This document shows, in pieces, positions 61,761-64,000 of a stretch of DNA of 64,000 nt (the stretch's first letter is position 1; each line of letters opens with the position of its first letter). A program made the position numbers and the translations under genes. The notes beneath the pieces were generated by a model. It did no database searches. It had not been told where the DNA came from and was given only the letters and a program-made list of their open reading frames with translations. Source of the stretch: Vicugna vicugna (taxonomy: Eukaryota); NCBI GenBank assembly GCA_013265495.1, contig MU058584.1:2513599-2577598 (forward strand), written 5' to 3'.

Positions 61761-64000
61761 GCGTTCACTGGAAATCCGTCCTTCCCATGTAAAGGCTGGA
61801 GCTGTGTCTGGTTAATTCAACCTGCCTACAAGTCAGATCAGGCCGCCCTGCGGTCCAGGCAAACCCACAGCAGAGCATTCAGTCATGAACGTGACCATGG
61901 GAGACAAAGAGAAGAGGAACAGACCACAGGGCGGCAGAATCTCTGGTCCACTTACAGGTACAGCCTCAAACCAAAGCTGAGCCTGTAAGGCGTGCGGGCC
62001 GGAGCTCAGCTTGGCTTTTTCCATGAAACTAGTAGTCGCTCCATCAGAAAAACTCAGTGGTTCAGTTATTTGACTCAATCATCCAGCTGTTCCTGGGTTG
62101 TAAGTGTATTGCAGAGCCCAGGGGGAAATGCCCCAGTTGAACAGAGAGGAGGGAATGGCGAGCGATGTCTTGTGGCTTTTTTTTTTTTAATCTCGGCAGA
62201 CAGATGCATTTGAGAGAAGAATCCAGCTGAGGGGGACAGCACACACAGCTTCCTTTTGTCCGTCTGTCAGGACTGGCACCAAGTTCTTGGCAACCTTTTG
62301 GGAGCCTCTGTGCCTGGGCTGGGTTAACTTGGCCTCATCCGTTTAAGAATATTTGATTTGATTGCACAGCAAAATGCTTTTGAAAAGCTGGGCTATTATC
62401 CCTGAAATAGAAAAATTAAAAAAATTTGAAAAGCACCTTTGAAGTCAGCTACCCAAATGAAACTTGTGACATCAGAGCGATGGCAGATAAGTGGGGGGTG
62501 CAGAACAAGGCTGTCATTGACCGCCGAGCGGGCCAGGCCGATGCCACACTTTACACCCTAGCAATATAAGTCAAAGATGAAAGATGCTCCGGGCAGCTCG
62601 CCTGACCCCTGTGCCTCTCTTATCTCCAGCTGATTGCACAGTGTTTCTCTCTGAACAATCCCTCACTGTCTCCCTGGTGCAGGTGAACCTCAGCAGAAGA
62701 GGGGCTTGGGCGTCTTGGCCAGGTTGTAGGAATGCCATGCATAGCACAGGGGGCCAGAGGAGGGCTTGCTCGAATCAAGCACCGTCTTTATTACTCCTCT
62801 TATCCTCTGGATGCTGAGGACAGAACAGCTAAGTGCAAATCGAGGGCAGCAAAGAAAGCCCAGGGCGTGTGTGGTGACAGACAGGCAGCTCTCTCTCCCA
62901 CTGATAGACCATCAGAGACCGAAAACAAACTCCAGCTGCCACGCTGCCCCCGTGCATTTACATACAGCGTGCTAGAGCCATGTCACAGCGTGAATCTGAA
63001 CAGACCTGGACTGAGTTCTGCACCTCTTCTTCTATAGCACCTAGTTCCTGAAAAGTCTAATTGCTAAGGACAGTCCATCAACAGATCTCAGACTTGATCG
63101 TAGCATCAGACTCTCCTGAAGGACTTGCTAAACCACGAGTAGAAGTGAGATTCACTCAAGTTGAATACAGTTCAACAAAAGTCAGGTGCTAATCTAAGTG
63201 CTGAGGGTACAAAGATGAATAAGGGACTGTAGTTAAACCTTTCAAGACAATCTAAGCTCTGTCTAGAGCAAAAATGGGATCAAATAAAGCCACTGGTATC
63301 AAATAAACCCCTACACTGAGTCTTCTCCCAGCAGAGCATTTGGGGAATCAGCAGAGTGGGTCTGCAACTTTAACAGAAAGAAGTAAAGACACCTTGTATC
63401 TACTATTAGGAACTGGTGGAACATGCAGTTTAGGAAGGGAATTGGGGAGAGAGATGGTTCACTGTGTTAAAATTTTTAATTTATTTTTTATTAAAAAAAT
63501 GTTTTTTTAAGGACAGAGGCAGGATAGCTGTGCATGTCTGGAAGGTAGACTGGAATGGAAATCCATGAAACTGAAGGCAAGGAAACGAGGACGAAGATGA
63601 AAGGACAGAAGGAAGGTAGAGTCATTGTCAACTGCACAATTAGGTGGAGGAAATAAACAAAATAATTCTGATTCCATTTCCCCTGGAGTCTGACTTAGGC
63701 ACCCATAAAAGAAAGGAGTCTCAGGGAGACTTCCAAGCCTTCCTCTGCCACACTTTTTCACTCTCTTTCACTGCTGCCAGTTCCTGTAGCTTCCCTGGGT
63801 TATCTAGGGCAGTTGAGGCAGAAGAGGACAATCCACCCTCAAACTGGCAATGTCTTGATTGCTCCCAGTCTTCCTTTTCTGAGCTGATCTCCATTCATTC
63901 ATTCAGTAGCAATGCTGAGCAGCTCCTGTGTTCCCAGTAGTGCCCTGGGCTCAGAGGGGGCAAGATCTATACTCAAAAGCATATGACATCATCTCTGTCT

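Noticed and set aside
1..64000. ORF-track entries as protein-coding genes
   Set aside because: All are 181 aa or shorter, many overlap repeats or low-complexity DNA, none resembles a protein family I recognise apart from L1 remnants, and no consistent exon chain is evident.

Overview
Mammalian non-coding DNA (intergenic or deep intronic), most likely from a camelid. The lineage call rests on two Vic-1-like tRNA-derived SINEs; I saw no Alu, B1, BovB/Bov-tA, PRE-1 or Can-SINE. No protein-coding exon, RNA gene or prokaryote-type system is supported, and the ORFs I examined fall in repeats, low-complexity or GC-rich DNA. Much of the window is interspersed repeat: MIR, L2, L1, MLT1/MaLR, hAT MITEs, and eight ERV solo LTRs with readable ends, seven with clean target-site duplications (TSDs). 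The most notable structures are: (1) a ~415-bp, ~95% identical inverted duplication around a ~700-bp spacer (19842-21373) that extends beyond the old transposon it contains; (2) six solo LTRs within ~3.8 kb (32237-36042), one nested antisense inside a related LTR; (3) two related solo LTRs head-to-head, each with its own TSD (11079-12658); (4) a perfect 32-bp inverted copy 712 bp from its apparent donor; (5) a CpG island at ~45.5-46.0 kb with no visible coding gene. Repeat family names are by-eye recognition and need RepeatMasker/Dfam confirmation. I found no evidence for a new gene-encoded biological system.
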